From NCBI GenBank assembly GCA_046539325.1, contig JBKHHD010000005.1, positions 15,248 through 79,247 of the forward strand: 64,000 nt of DNA, read 5' to 3'. Source of the stretch: Candidatus Aenigmatarchaeota archaeon. Its GTDB lineage: Archaea; Aenigmatarchaeota; Aenigmatarchaeia; PWEA01. Both the position numbers and the translations under genes were made by a program. The notes beneath the pieces are model-generated. The model made no database searches and was not told where the DNA came from. It saw only the letters and a list, made by a program, of their open reading frames with translations. Below are positions 16,458-26,044 of the stretch, in pieces (positions within the stretch are counted from its first letter, which is position 1; each line of letters begins with the position of its first letter).

Positions 16458-17813
16458 TTATACAGGTGTACATGAACATTTCACACTACTACAATCCTCA
16501 CCTAAATTCGCAGTTACCTCTTCATTACAGTCCTTGTCATATGTATAACAACTATTTTCTGCGCTATTCCAACCGCTACCAACAGCGTTCGCGGGGTCCG
16601 TTCCTCCGTATGCACCTCCTGAAACTTCGCAGTGCTCACCACCGCAGGTAACACCTTCTAGCTCCTCCTCACACCATTCTTCGCAGGAGTCTATTTGTTC
16701 TTTACCTGTGGAATAACAATCTCCTTCACTTTCCCCGCCATTCTCCACTTCTGGTTCGTATTCTTCATCCACCTCCCAATAATATCTTTTTTCGGCTTTG
16801 CAGCTACAGTATGGATCTTCCTCGCTTGCCTTCTCTTGTCTATTTGTTCGAGCCTGTGTTTCAGGACATAAATCCTCTGATTTCCTGTACTCTTCTGGAA
16901 GTAGATCGTAATTTTCTACCGGGGTTTCGCTGCAGGTCGAACCCCAGAAGATTTCCTCCTCGTCGTTGCAGTAGTCCCTACATGCTTTATCGACCATGGA
17001 GTCCGCTTCCTCTTCGTTTCTTCCATCTGACTTGCAGACCACTGGTGCCGCAAACCGAAATTCAGTACTTTCCTCGGACACGTTTTGAAGCAGCATTCTC
17101 TGTGAGCTGTGGCCTCCTGAAAATGAAACGCTGTCGCCTATTTCAATATCTTCGACGGGACCATCAAAGTCATCACCATATCTCTCGTAGCCTTGTAATG
17201 TATCTTCTATACTTCCTTCACTGTTGTTGAGAACCGATCCTTCTCCGGCCTTCCATACTGCACAATTGTAATTGCCGTCGTTGTCTTTTTGAACAGAAAC
17301 TATTAAGCACGCTTCCGCGTCCTGTATCCCACTGAAACCACCTAGATCTTCTTTGTCCTCTTCCTCTATAATTTCCTCGCATGCGTCAAACCCTCCAGTG
17401 TGGTCAAAGCCCGTTGCCTTGTATTTAAGATGCATCGCAGGATTTTGTTTTGTAAGGTGGAATTCATATATATTCTCAGGACCCCCGGCTGTATGAACAT
17501 GCATGTACTTCCCATTCCTCTGATCAACGCCACAGTAACACCCGGCTGCCGCAGGCTTTGCCATACCCGCTCTAGCCTTGTCTATTATTATATCGGACCA
17601 GCTTACGCTTCCTCCTAGCCATGAAGGCCACCATGCCCACCTGCTGTAATCCTCCGCTTCGTGGTGTATGTTGCAATAAATGTCACATCCGTATGTATTC
17701 ATAAAAATTGGTTCGACCATCATCCAGAAAATATCAAGTATTACAGTTACGCCTAAAAGTGCCAGGATTATAACTACTAAAACCATCGCACCGATACCTT
17801 TTTTATTTGACAT
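16458..17813 (-). CDS. Cys-rich pilin-like protein, paralog 2 of 3, with extra 10-Cys tail
   Basis: SNKKG|IGAM; same motifs as the neighbours plus a C-terminal Cys-rich extension. Confidence 0.8.
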   Translation of the reverse strand: MSNKKGIGAMVLVVIILALLGVTVILDIFWMMVEPIFMNTYGCDIYCNIHHEAEDYSRWAWWPSWLGGSVSWSDIIIDKARAGMAKPAAAGCYCGVDQRNGKYMHVHTAGGPENIYEFHLTKQNPAMHLKYKATGFDHTGGFDACEEIIEEEDKEDLGGFSGIQDAEACLIVSVQKDNDGNYNCAVWKAGEGSVLNNSEGSIEDTLQGYERYGDDFDGPVEDIEIGDSVSFSGGHSSQRMLLQNVSEESTEFRFAAPVVCKSDGRNEEEADSMVDKACRDYCNDEEEIFWGSTCSETPVENYDLLPEEYRKSEDLCPETQARTNRQEKASEEDPYCSCKAEKRYYWEVDEEYEPEVENGGESEGDCYSTGKEQIDSCEEWCEEELEGVTCGGEHCEVSGGAYGGTDPANAVGSGWNSAENSCYTYDKDCNEEVTANLGEDCSSVKCSCTPV

Positions 17814-17818
17814 CTCAA

Positions 17819-17932
17819 TCAGAATGCTATACCGAATTTATCCGTGACGAAATAAACTATTACAAATACTATCAATACCAGTATTAATATCGCTATGGCG
17901 GATAAGATCGAACTTTCGCTTGCTTCCTGCAA
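17819..17932 (-). CDS. Possible 37-aa single-helix membrane protein
   Basis: TTG start after GGTG; MQEASESSILSAIAILILVLIVFVIVYFVTDKFGIAF; the tail of the listed 17819-18241 ORF. Confidence 0.45.
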   Translation of the reverse strand: MQEASESSILSAIAILILVLIVFVIVYFVTDKFGIAF

Positions 17933-17996
17933 AAATACACACCAAATAACGTTTTCGAACGGAGTTAAATATATTTTGTCCTTGCCTTTGCCTCGT

Positions 17997-19088
17997 CTAC
18001 TCGTCTTTAGGTTCGTACTCTTCATCCACCTGCCAGTAGTATTCTTTTTCGACAACGCACTGGCAGTAGGGGCTTTCGAATTCATCGGGACAGAAATCCT
18101 CTTCCTTTGTATATTTTTCCGGGAGTTCGTCGTAGTCTCTGAGGGCTGTATCGCTACATTTGGACTGCCAGAAACCCATATCTTCCTCGCTGCAGTATTC
18201 AGCACAGGCCTTGTCGAACTCTGTCTCAGGATCCTGTTCAACGGATTCGGATTTGCAGACTACAGGAGCATATAAATCAAAGGGGCGTTCTCCTTCCCAG
18301 TATTGACGGAGCAGTATCTTCTGGAAGGCAGGTTTATCACCTTTTACCTCTACTTGTTGGCCTATTTCCAGTTGAAGTGGGTTATTGTCAGTGCCGGACG
18401 TCAAACGTCTACTGTTGGGCTTTAAATGGATCATTGAACTAAGAGATTCCCCTTCTTTGTTCCACAGAGCTGAGCCTTCTTGTGCGCCATATATAGTGCA
18501 GCTCTCACTGCCATCCTTCATGGAAACTATTACACAGCCTTCGTATTCTCCTAGGTCTTCAAGTCCTGTGAACTCGTCACTGTCTTCCATTTCATCTTTA
18601 CAGTTCTCCAGGCCATCCGTTTGCCTGTTTCCGTCTGCGTGGTCGAACTCGGCTGCGGCTTTTTTATTTGCATAGTACTGGAGATGCAGCTTGGGATTTT
18701 GATCAGTTATATGGAACTCCTTCACCGTTCCGTCGTCTGCGTTTCCGTGAATATGTATATATTTACCACTCCTCTCGGAAACACCGCAGTAACATCCCAT
18801 GGCTTTGGGATCTATATTTTGCTTTAGTTTGTCCAAGGCGACTTCAAAAGTCGTTTTTCGGCCCCACCACTGGTCGTCACCTATACCTATTATATTCCAG
18901 CCACTGAGTCCTTCTACATCCGTCTGTATACTGCAGAATTTATTACATGCCCTGTCCATGGTGTCAAATCCGGCGAAGGCCGCAAAGATAGGCTCCATAA
19001 CCCCTGCATAAAGAACTCCGCTGAGTAAAAACATCACTATGGCTATTACGAAAAGCAACATAGGCAATCCCCCCTTTTTGTTAATCAT
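17997..19088 (-). CDS. Cys-rich pilin-like protein, paralog 1 of 3
   Basis: INKKG|GLPM; GCYCGVSERSGKYIH, EFHITDQNP, LYAPVVCKS, EKEYYWQVDEEY. Confidence 0.8.
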   Translation of the reverse strand: MINKKGGLPMLLFVIAIVMFLLSGVLYAGVMEPIFAAFAGFDTMDRACNKFCSIQTDVEGLSGWNIIGIGDDQWWGRKTTFEVALDKLKQNIDPKAMGCYCGVSERSGKYIHIHGNADDGTVKEFHITDQNPKLHLQYYANKKAAAEFDHADGNRQTDGLENCKDEMEDSDEFTGLEDLGEYEGCVIVSMKDGSESCTIYGAQEGSALWNKEGESLSSMIHLKPNSRRLTSGTDNNPLQLEIGQQVEVKGDKPAFQKILLRQYWEGERPFDLYAPVVCKSESVEQDPETEFDKACAEYCSEEDMGFWQSKCSDTALRDYDELPEKYTKEEDFCPDEFESPYCQCVVEKEYYWQVDEEYEPKDE

Positions 19089-19130
19089 CTCAATCTCTCT
19101 ATATTATCCTAGTTTTTTGTGTTTTAATTT

Positions 19131-21218
19131 TCACAGTCCTTCACCCAGAAGTCCAGCTATCTGTGTACCGAAGACCTCCCAGACAACTACAAGTGAAAAG
19201 GAGTAAACGATTACCCCGATGAGTATCATAAATCCTGCAGCCTTCCTCTTAGCTACCTTGTCGCCCGGTCCGTTCTCCACACCTGCAGTAAGCATCGCCA
19301 GTAGGTAGGAGGTCTGTATAACGTAAATTCCTACAACGATCTGAAGTATGTATAAGGGCATCATTTCACCCGCGGCTCCCCATCCGCCGACAAGCATACC
19401 GTCCATGCCTATTCCCGCCATGCCTCCTATCCCTACATCACCTTCGGTTGCCTGGCCCAATCCCTCCATCGCTTCTCCTATGCCCCGGAATATAGACATC
19501 ATTATCGCGGCCATCGCGACCGAGACACCTGCTACGAACGGGCCAAGGAAGGAACCTAGAAACTGCATGGAAGTTGTCTCCGAAGAAAGCATATTTTTGA
19601 GGTCTCCCTCTATTTCGTCCAACTGTTCGAGATACTTGGATATGGAGATGGCCGATCTTGAAGCTATTCTCGATCCTTTTTCCGTGGCATCGACGACTAT
19701 CTTCATGACTGAGGTCACAAGGTCCGATGGATATTGCCATACAGCACCGAAGTTCTTATCAAAGAATGCGTTTCTAAGGTCCATTCCCCCTTTCCTCATA
19801 TTTTTAACAACCTTTCTGAACATGTTAGATATCTCCAGGTCTTCGTTTCTCTGGACTGTGTCTTCTGCGGCTCTCTCTATGGGCTTCCCGAGGTCCATTC
19901 TGTTGCCGAGAGAAAACAACGCCTTCGAAAACTCGTCCTCTATGTTCTTTATACTCTCCCGTAGCTCGATCTTTGCCCTCGTATCCAGAAGAAAGTAGCT
20001 GGATGGTCCGATCGCGATACCTCCGGTGATAACTAGCGAGGTCACTATCTGTCTGAAGAGGTCCTCACCTGCATGGAATTTCACCAAGTAGATCCCTAGA
20101 AGTATTACAGGAAGGGATAGAATAAGGGATATGGGCCATATTTTGATGGTTTTATCTCCCAGTTTCATCATTCCCGAAGGGATATGGTCTGGATGTTTTG
20201 ATATATCAGGCGTCGAAAATCCCATTGGCCTGTACTCCAAAGTCCTTTTACCTGTCAGGTATATTATCAGCGGGAGAATTATGTTGTACCCGATAAAGAG
20301 GAAAGCTGGCCTTACAGTATCCTCTAGCATGAGTATTATTATGGGAAACATAACCAGTACCATGATAGGAAGCATTATACCGAGCATATGTATGATCATA
20401 ATAGGCAGTTCCAGCTTGTTGGAGTATTCCTTCATCATCTCCCTCGAACCGGACATCATCGTGTTTATACCTTCGTCAAGCATAGCCTTCCTCTTCTCCT
20501 TCGACTGTTCCATGGAGTTCTGGATAACCTGCATGGCCTCAACGAAGGGTTTGTTGTCCTGCCATTTCTCCAGGTAGTCGGACAACGCTTCTTTCATGGA
20601 TATATATTTTCCTGTCTCGACATCCCAGAGCATCTTCTTGAAGTCGAGGGAAAGGGGTTCTCCGAGGTGCTCTGCAGTGAACTTTATAGCTCCTTCAAGG
20701 TTTGGCGATGTTCGCATATATATGACCATATATATTATGGCCAGCATTATCTGATCAGCAGCTTTAACTCGGAAAAGACGTGCTTGGGAGTTCGGATATT
20801 CAGCCAGCAGGTAGATTGCAACGGCCCCGAGCATGAATATCAGGAGACCGAAAACTATAGAAGCTATTCCGAAGGCCATCAGGATTATGCCTGCCAAGAA
20901 GATCATAAGCCCAGAAAGAACAGCCAAGGAATAGGCTCCCGGGGGCGTTATCTGCATGTATGCCATATCTATTGATCGCTGCAGCTCCTCCTTTTTGTCT
21001 TCAGATGGTTCAATCACAACTATGTCTTCGGCTATGTTGCAGAGCTTTTCGTACAGCGACTTCTCTCTGTGTTTTTCCTCTTCTTTGATGAAGGTGTTGT
21101 ACTCCCTGGATGTAAAGGTCCTATTTTCCTCACCGGGTAGCTTCAAATCCTTTTTTCCTTCCTCAACTATGTTGTCTATCTCTTTCTCCCATTCATCCTC
21201 GAAATTGTCCTCAGGCAT
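19131..21218 (-). CDS. Type IV pilus/T2SS membrane platform protein (TadC/FlaJ-like, two T2SSF-type domains)
   Basis: Polytopic; YMRTSPNLEGAI and IEDEFSKALFSLGNRMDLGKPIE domains; ATG overlaps the ATPase stop. Confidence 0.85.
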   Translation of the reverse strand: MPEDNFEDEWEKEIDNIVEEGKKDLKLPGEENRTFTSREYNTFIKEEEKHREKSLYEKLCNIAEDIVVIEPSEDKKEELQRSIDMAYMQITPPGAYSLAVLSGLMIFLAGIILMAFGIASIVFGLLIFMLGAVAIYLLAEYPNSQARLFRVKAADQIMLAIIYMVIYMRTSPNLEGAIKFTAEHLGEPLSLDFKKMLWDVETGKYISMKEALSDYLEKWQDNKPFVEAMQVIQNSMEQSKEKRKAMLDEGINTMMSGSREMMKEYSNKLELPIMIIHMLGIMLPIMVLVMFPIIILMLEDTVRPAFLFIGYNIILPLIIYLTGKRTLEYRPMGFSTPDISKHPDHIPSGMMKLGDKTIKIWPISLILSLPVILLGIYLVKFHAGEDLFRQIVTSLVITGGIAIGPSSYFLLDTRAKIELRESIKNIEDEFSKALFSLGNRMDLGKPIERAAEDTVQRNEDLEISNMFRKVVKNMRKGGMDLRNAFFDKNFGAVWQYPSDLVTSVMKIVVDATEKGSRIASRSAISISKYLEQLDEIEGDLKNMLSSETTSMQFLGSFLGPFVAGVSVAMAAIMMSIFRGIGEAMEGLGQATEGDVGIGGMAGIGMDGMLVGGWGAAGEMMPLYILQIVVGIYVIQTSYLLAMLTAGVENGPGDKVAKRKAAGFMILIGVIVYSFSLVVVWEVFGTQIAGLLGEGL

Positions 21219-23478
21219 TCTTGAATTCACCGGACTTTATCTGCTCCTTGAGCCATTCCTCCCATCTTTCAAAGGTCTCATCGGGATCAACGTATCCCAC
21301 TTCGTCACTCACCTCGTCCATTATTAGTCGGAACTTACTGTTGCTCTTTACGACGAAGGGAGCTTCCATCAGCTCTTCGTTACCGGTTTCAAGCGCGTAG
21401 TCGCTTATGGCCTTCTTTACCTTTCCTCTAAGTTCTATGTTTTCCCAGACACGGTCCCATCTACCGGCCCATTCCTTCACCTGTGATGATATCTTGTTCA
21501 GGACCTGTGATTCGCCGTTTAGAAGCGTATCAGTGGGCTTGAGTCTATCTTCCTCGGCCGAGTACTCCATGAGAGGTACGAATCCGTCTTCGTCCCTTGG
21601 ATCCTCGGACCAGTGCTTCCTTACTTCGGTGACACCCGTCACTCTTCTTATTTCTTGAAGGCCAGAGGCGCTTTTGATTCTATTGCATATAACAATTAGA
21701 TCAGTCGCCTTGAAGGAAGTCTTTGGAACGCCTAGATCGTGTACTACACGGTCGAAGAGACCGTAGGCGGACTCGCCATGTATTGTTCCTGCCACGGTCT
21801 TAGCCATGGCCCCTATACGCATCGCCTCGTAAAGCGCCTGAGCCTCTGTACTCCTTACTTCACCTATTATAAGTGCTGAGTCACCAAGACGTAGCGCAGT
21901 TCTTATTGATTCTGATGCAGGGAGTTCCGTCTCGACCTGCGTAATTACTGAGCGTGACTTCAGGCGCTGTGCGTCGTAGCCCAGCTTCTTCAGAGTTTTT
22001 ACAGGAAGCTCTAGTGTATCCTCGGATGTTATGACCCTCCAGTCTCTCTTCATCTCGAGCATGGACGCACCGAGCAGGGAAGTCTTTCCAGAGCCTCTTC
22101 CACCACCGATAAGGAACGTCCTTCCGCCATCTATCACAAAGCTCATGAGTCCTGCGAATAGCGGGCTTATGTAACCTATATCTGGCTGTAAGTAGAGGGG
22201 GTAGGTCCACGGATCTTCCCTGTGTCTTCTCAGAGCTAAGCCAAGGCCTTCAGGAGCCAGTGTCGGAGCTATGACGGTTACCCTCGCATTTCCACCGGGT
22301 ACTTCTACTGATGTATCTAGAACTGGGTTTGCCTCATCAAGAGGCCTACCACTTGAAAGTCTTAGCTTCGTCGCCCAGCTTTCAGCATCGTCCTGTGTAG
22401 GAATTATGTTGGTTCTGCATTCGCCATAGTCTTCGTGATTTATGAAGATAGGTTTACTCCCCAGAGGTGAGTTTATGTATATATCCTGGACCTTTTCGTC
22501 TTCAAGTATTGCCTCAAGAATACCTAGTCCTCCTGTATATCTACTTAGTATTGAATTCAGCCTTTCAATCTGCTCAGGTTCCAGGTCTGTGCCTTCCCTT
22601 TCGGCTATATCCTTTATGAGATCCTTCCCTATGGAGGAGAAAACCTCCCTCGATCTCTCTGACTCGGCAAACTCTGTAGTCTCTGGTCTGTGCTCGCTCA
22701 GATACCTCTGCGCAGCGTCAAGTATACTGTATTCACCTTCTTCTAGCTTGAACTCCGGTGGCGAGAAGTGATACAGCGGTCTTGTTTCGTCAGGAAGATT
22801 ATATACTTCAATATCAGAGCTGCCAACTTCGTAGTGATCTATCATCCCGCCTTCTTCTGGTGTCTGTTTCATATACTTCGTTCGCATGAAGTTGGGCCTG
22901 ACTGAAGGGTAGAAGAGTTCACGGTATGCATCTCTCTGTCCTGGGTGGTATCCAGAAAGCTCACCCTTGACTTCCTTTATCATCCTGGTCTGTTCCAACC
23001 TTTCTTTTATCGGTAGAAGAACTTCGTTCAGGTAAGTTTCCTTGCACTCTTTCTGGGGACCTCCTTCCTTGGTCTGGATCCTAACATGCCTTATTTTCCT
23101 TTTAAGGTGGATATAAGCTCCTACCGGGTCCTTCCTAAGCTCGTCCATTGCAAGTCCTTGAAGCTCCGAGTACTTTTCCTGGAAGTACTGATTACAGTCC
23201 GGAACTTCCAATCTTTCAAGCTTCCTGAGACCGAGTTCTTTCATCACGTCTTTCAGAACTTCGGCTATCTCTACCAGAAGCTTCGTCTGTTCGTAGGGAT
23301 ACTCGTACTCGCGGCTGTTTTTGAAAAGTACTGTCTTTACTCCCTTGACCTCCATTATCTTGTCTATGGTATTTGCCATACATTCTTCGTAGTCAGCGAC
23401 ACTACTTCCGTAGATACATCCGGAGCAGTTTACCTCTATTCTCTTCTCATCTTCATCGTATTCGTAGTCACAGGGCAT
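21211..23478 (-). CDS. Type II/IV secretion (pilus assembly) ATPase with long N-terminal extension
   Basis: Walker A GGRGSGKTS, Asp box EDTLEL, ALRLGDSALIIGEVRS.EA, His box GTIHG. Confidence 0.93.
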   Translation of the reverse strand: MPCDYEYDEDEKRIEVNCSGCIYGSSVADYEECMANTIDKIMEVKGVKTVLFKNSREYEYPYEQTKLLVEIAEVLKDVMKELGLRKLERLEVPDCNQYFQEKYSELQGLAMDELRKDPVGAYIHLKRKIRHVRIQTKEGGPQKECKETYLNEVLLPIKERLEQTRMIKEVKGELSGYHPGQRDAYRELFYPSVRPNFMRTKYMKQTPEEGGMIDHYEVGSSDIEVYNLPDETRPLYHFSPPEFKLEEGEYSILDAAQRYLSEHRPETTEFAESERSREVFSSIGKDLIKDIAEREGTDLEPEQIERLNSILSRYTGGLGILEAILEDEKVQDIYINSPLGSKPIFINHEDYGECRTNIIPTQDDAESWATKLRLSSGRPLDEANPVLDTSVEVPGGNARVTVIAPTLAPEGLGLALRRHREDPWTYPLYLQPDIGYISPLFAGLMSFVIDGGRTFLIGGGRGSGKTSLLGASMLEMKRDWRVITSEDTLELPVKTLKKLGYDAQRLKSRSVITQVETELPASESIRTALRLGDSALIIGEVRSTEAQALYEAMRIGAMAKTVAGTIHGESAYGLFDRVVHDLGVPKTSFKATDLIVICNRIKSASGLQEIRRVTGVTEVRKHWSEDPRDEDGFVPLMEYSAEEDRLKPTDTLLNGESQVLNKISSQVKEWAGRWDRVWENIELRGKVKKAISDYALETGNEELMEAPFVVKSNSKFRLIMDEVSDEVGYVDPDETFERWEEWLKEQIKSGEFKNA

Positions 23479-23584
23479 CTTGAACCACAGGCGTGTCTAT
23501 ACATCATTTTGAGCGGTAGTTTCTAAAAGTTTCGTTCCTGACTCTAACTTTATTAAGCAAAGCTCTAATAAGTAAAATGGTACG

Positions 23585-23989
23585 ATGGCTTTCGGTAACT
23601 CCGGCAAATCAAGTTTGGAGGATATAGTAAGGAAACTTCTAGACAGAGTCAAGGAGAACTCAAGACGTCTAAGGGACGTCGAAGAGGAAAACAGGTCCAT
23701 GGCTTCCAGTATTAGGTCTCTGGAAGAGAGGATTATAGACCTTGAAGACAGGCAAGGTGAAGATGTAAAGGAGTTAAGGGAGAAGATCGATGACCTTGGA
23801 ACAAGGGTAATGAAGATAGAGAACGTTATATCAAAGATCAAGGACAGGCTTGAGGAGGCGCCCAAAAAGGATGAGTTCGAAGAAGTAAAGAACTTTGTGA
23901 ATCTTCTTTCACCAATGGAAAGTCAGTTTGTAACAGAAAGCGAGGTAAAAAGGCTTATTAAACAGGAGTTACAAAAAGAAGGTAGATAA
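23585..23989 (+). CDS. Coiled-coil hypothetical protein
   Basis: Heptad repeats; C-terminal LLSPMESQFVT.EVKRLI; divergent from the ATPase. Confidence 0.75.
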   Translation: MAFGNSGKSSLEDIVRKLLDRVKENSRRLRDVEEENRSMASSIRSLEERIIDLEDRQGEDVKELREKIDDLGTRVMKIENVISKIKDRLEEAPKKDEFEEVKNFVNLLSPMESQFVTESEVKRLIKQELQKEGR

Positions 23990-23990
23990 G

Positions 23991-24887
23991 ATGGTCTTCG
24001 GCTTTGGTAAAAGTGATGAAGAAGATACTCAAGACAGATCTTCCTCGCGGTCTCCCTCTAGATCACCTACAAACCAGGTCAGGGAGCTTGCTTCACAGGG
24101 TTATTCCGAGAGAGAGATAATTGAGAAGTTGAAGGATTTAGGATATTCGAGCCAAGAAATAAACAAGAGTATAAATAAGGTTTTGAAAAGTAAGGTTTCT
24201 AACTCGGATGGTCAGGCTGCGGCATCACGTCGCCCTCCTCAAACAACCCAATCAAGATCTTCCCAGGAGCAGGGTCCTGTTTCTTCAAGTAACAACTTTA
24301 TTGCTCCTGAACCTTCGCAGCCAAATGATTCATTTGAGGGTGGCTCAGCTGACGAAAGCGATCCATTTGCTAAGTTCCAAGGTAATAACAAAAAAAGAGA
24401 TGACGTTTGGGAGATGACAGAGGAAGAGGAGATAGAGCTTGAAATTCTCATAGAGGAAATTATAGATGAAAAATGGGTCACTGTGGAGTCGGATCTCGAG
24501 AAGTTCCGAGAGGAAAGAGAGGGTATTATAAGGAGGATTGAATCCCTCGAGGAGAAGGTTGAAAAGCTCGAGGAAAAACATGAGGAAGAGAGGGAAAGGC
24601 TTGAGGACAAGACTGATAAGACCTTTGACCATGTCAAGAGTGTTGAATCCAGGGTAGGTTCTGTCGAAAAGGCCTTCAAGGACTTCTTACCGCAGCTTAC
24701 CGAGAACGTTCGCTCGCTTTCGAGCGTTGTTAAAGATCTAGAAGAAGATACTGCAAGAAGCAACAGGAGCAGTTCGTTGCGCAATAATAGGATGCCTGAT
24801 TCGCCTGAAAGTTATATAGAAGGCTCGAAACAGGAAGAAAATTCTAAAGAAGAAGAGGACGAAAGCCCTTCAGCCATTCCCCAGTAA
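23991..24887 (+). CDS. Hypothetical protein (helical N-domain, S/P-rich linker, coiled coil)
   Basis: QGYSEREII..L.DLGYS; IEEIIDEKW; VEKAFKDFLPQLTENVRSLS. Confidence 0.75.
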   Translation: MVFGFGKSDEEDTQDRSSSRSPSRSPTNQVRELASQGYSEREIIEKLKDLGYSSQEINKSINKVLKSKVSNSDGQAAASRRPPQTTQSRSSQEQGPVSSSNNFIAPEPSQPNDSFEGGSADESDPFAKFQGNNKKRDDVWEMTEEEEIELEILIEEIIDEKWVTVESDLEKFREEREGIIRRIESLEEKVEKLEEKHEEERERLEDKTDKTFDHVKSVESRVGSVEKAFKDFLPQLTENVRSLSSVVKDLEEDTARSNRSSSLRNNRMPDSPESYIEGSKQEENSKEEEDESPSAIPQ

Positions 24888-24928
24888 AGTAGCTCAGAAC
24901 TTTACTTCTAGCTTAGAATAACTCAATT

Positions 24929-25480
24929 CTATCCTTCATCGACCATCCACCAGACCACCATTACCATGAATCCTAGGAAGAACAATAGTGGATAGTTCTT
25001 TGCTATATAAGGCGGTAGTTCTATTCCCAGTGCCTGGTGTGCCCCGGAACCTATGAAGACTAATATCGCCAGTACGGCGATCACCAGTCCTGTCAAGCTC
25101 TCGTTCCAGCCAAAAAAGCCTGAACCGTGCTCATCTTTTTCCCTATCAAAGCCTGCTATCTCGACAAATACTATCAGGAGAAGTACGCCTCCTAACAGTG
25201 CCACAAATCCGGCGGAGAGTGCGGCGAGCTGTCCGATGTAAGGGGAAAGCACCGGGGCTATAATGAAGGCCAGTACTATTCCTATTATTGCCCTTGCACC
25301 ATCGTTTTCGGGCATACCATCCTCACCGAGCTGGCTGAGGACTCCGTAGACTATGGCAAAGGTCAGCAGCCAAGGTAATACAAGGGAGAAAAAGTCTATC
25401 CCTACGAACTCCGATATCTCCTCGACTGGGCCGGTGGTCTGTGCCTTCATTGCCGTTTCGGTTATCTTTTCAGCTAACAT
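24929..25480 (-). CDS. Polytopic membrane protein, LPWLL family paralog A
   Basis: LPWLLTFAIVYGVLSQ...GAR.II..VLAF; about 5 TM segments. Confidence 0.8.
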   Translation of the reverse strand: MLAEKITETAMKAQTTGPVEEISEFVGIDFFSLVLPWLLTFAIVYGVLSQLGEDGMPENDGARAIIGIVLAFIIAPVLSPYIGQLAALSAGFVALLGGVLLLIVFVEIAGFDREKDEHGSGFFGWNESLTGLVIAVLAILVFIGSGAHQALGIELPPYIAKNYPLLFFLGFMVMVVWWMVDEG

Positions 25481-25485
25481 CTATA

Positions 25486-26028
25486 TCATCTTTTCGGGGG
25501 CGATTGTTTTTTATTTCCTTCACTATTTTTACCGTTTCCTTCATCCCTGACCATCCACCATATCGACAGTGCGACGATCACCAAGAAAAACACCGTCGTA
25601 GGATTGACTTCATTGGCTATATTTCCGAGGCCTATCATCTCAATCCCTCCGGAGCCCATGAAGAGGGTAACTATTATGATCAGGATGACCAGGCCGAACT
25701 TGCCGGGATGATCGTTTATAAAGTTCATAGCTCCGACTCCTGTCAGCTCCAGAAGTATAAGGAAAAACAGGAATCCTGTCAGTATTACTATAGTGCTTCC
25801 GCCCATGGCCTGTAAAAAGACCATCAGTGGCTTGGCAAACAGGAGCGAAAAGAACGCAAGGACTGTGGCTATCACAACTCTTGCGGAGTCGCTGCTGGGT
25901 ATCCCTTCCTTGCCTATCTGTGAAAGCATACCGTATACAAGAGCGAAGACAAGTAGCCACGGCAGAGCGTATACGAAGAACTCATCCCCAAGACCGGTAC
26001 CAAAAAAGTCCACCATAACTTCGTTCAT
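25486..26028 (-). CDS. Polytopic membrane protein, LPWLL family paralog B
   Basis: LPWLLVFALVYGMLSQ...SAR.VI..VLAF. Confidence 0.8.
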   Translation of the reverse strand: MNEVMVDFFGTGLGDEFFVYALPWLLVFALVYGMLSQIGKEGIPSSDSARVVIATVLAFFSLLFAKPLMVFLQAMGGSTIVILTGFLFFLILLELTGVGAMNFINDHPGKFGLVILIIIVTLFMGSGGIEMIGLGNIANEVNPTTVFFLVIVALSIWWMVRDEGNGKNSEGNKKQSPPKR

Positions 26029-26044
26029 GATTTCACCTTTTTAG

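Noticed and set aside
15237-19088. Diversity-generating retroelement acting on the paralogs
   Set aside because: No reverse transcriptase and no near-identical template/variable repeat pair seen
19131-23478. Archaellum operon
   Set aside because: No archaellin N-termini or adjacent ArlF/G/H; the KaiC-like gene is 40 kb away in a housekeeping context
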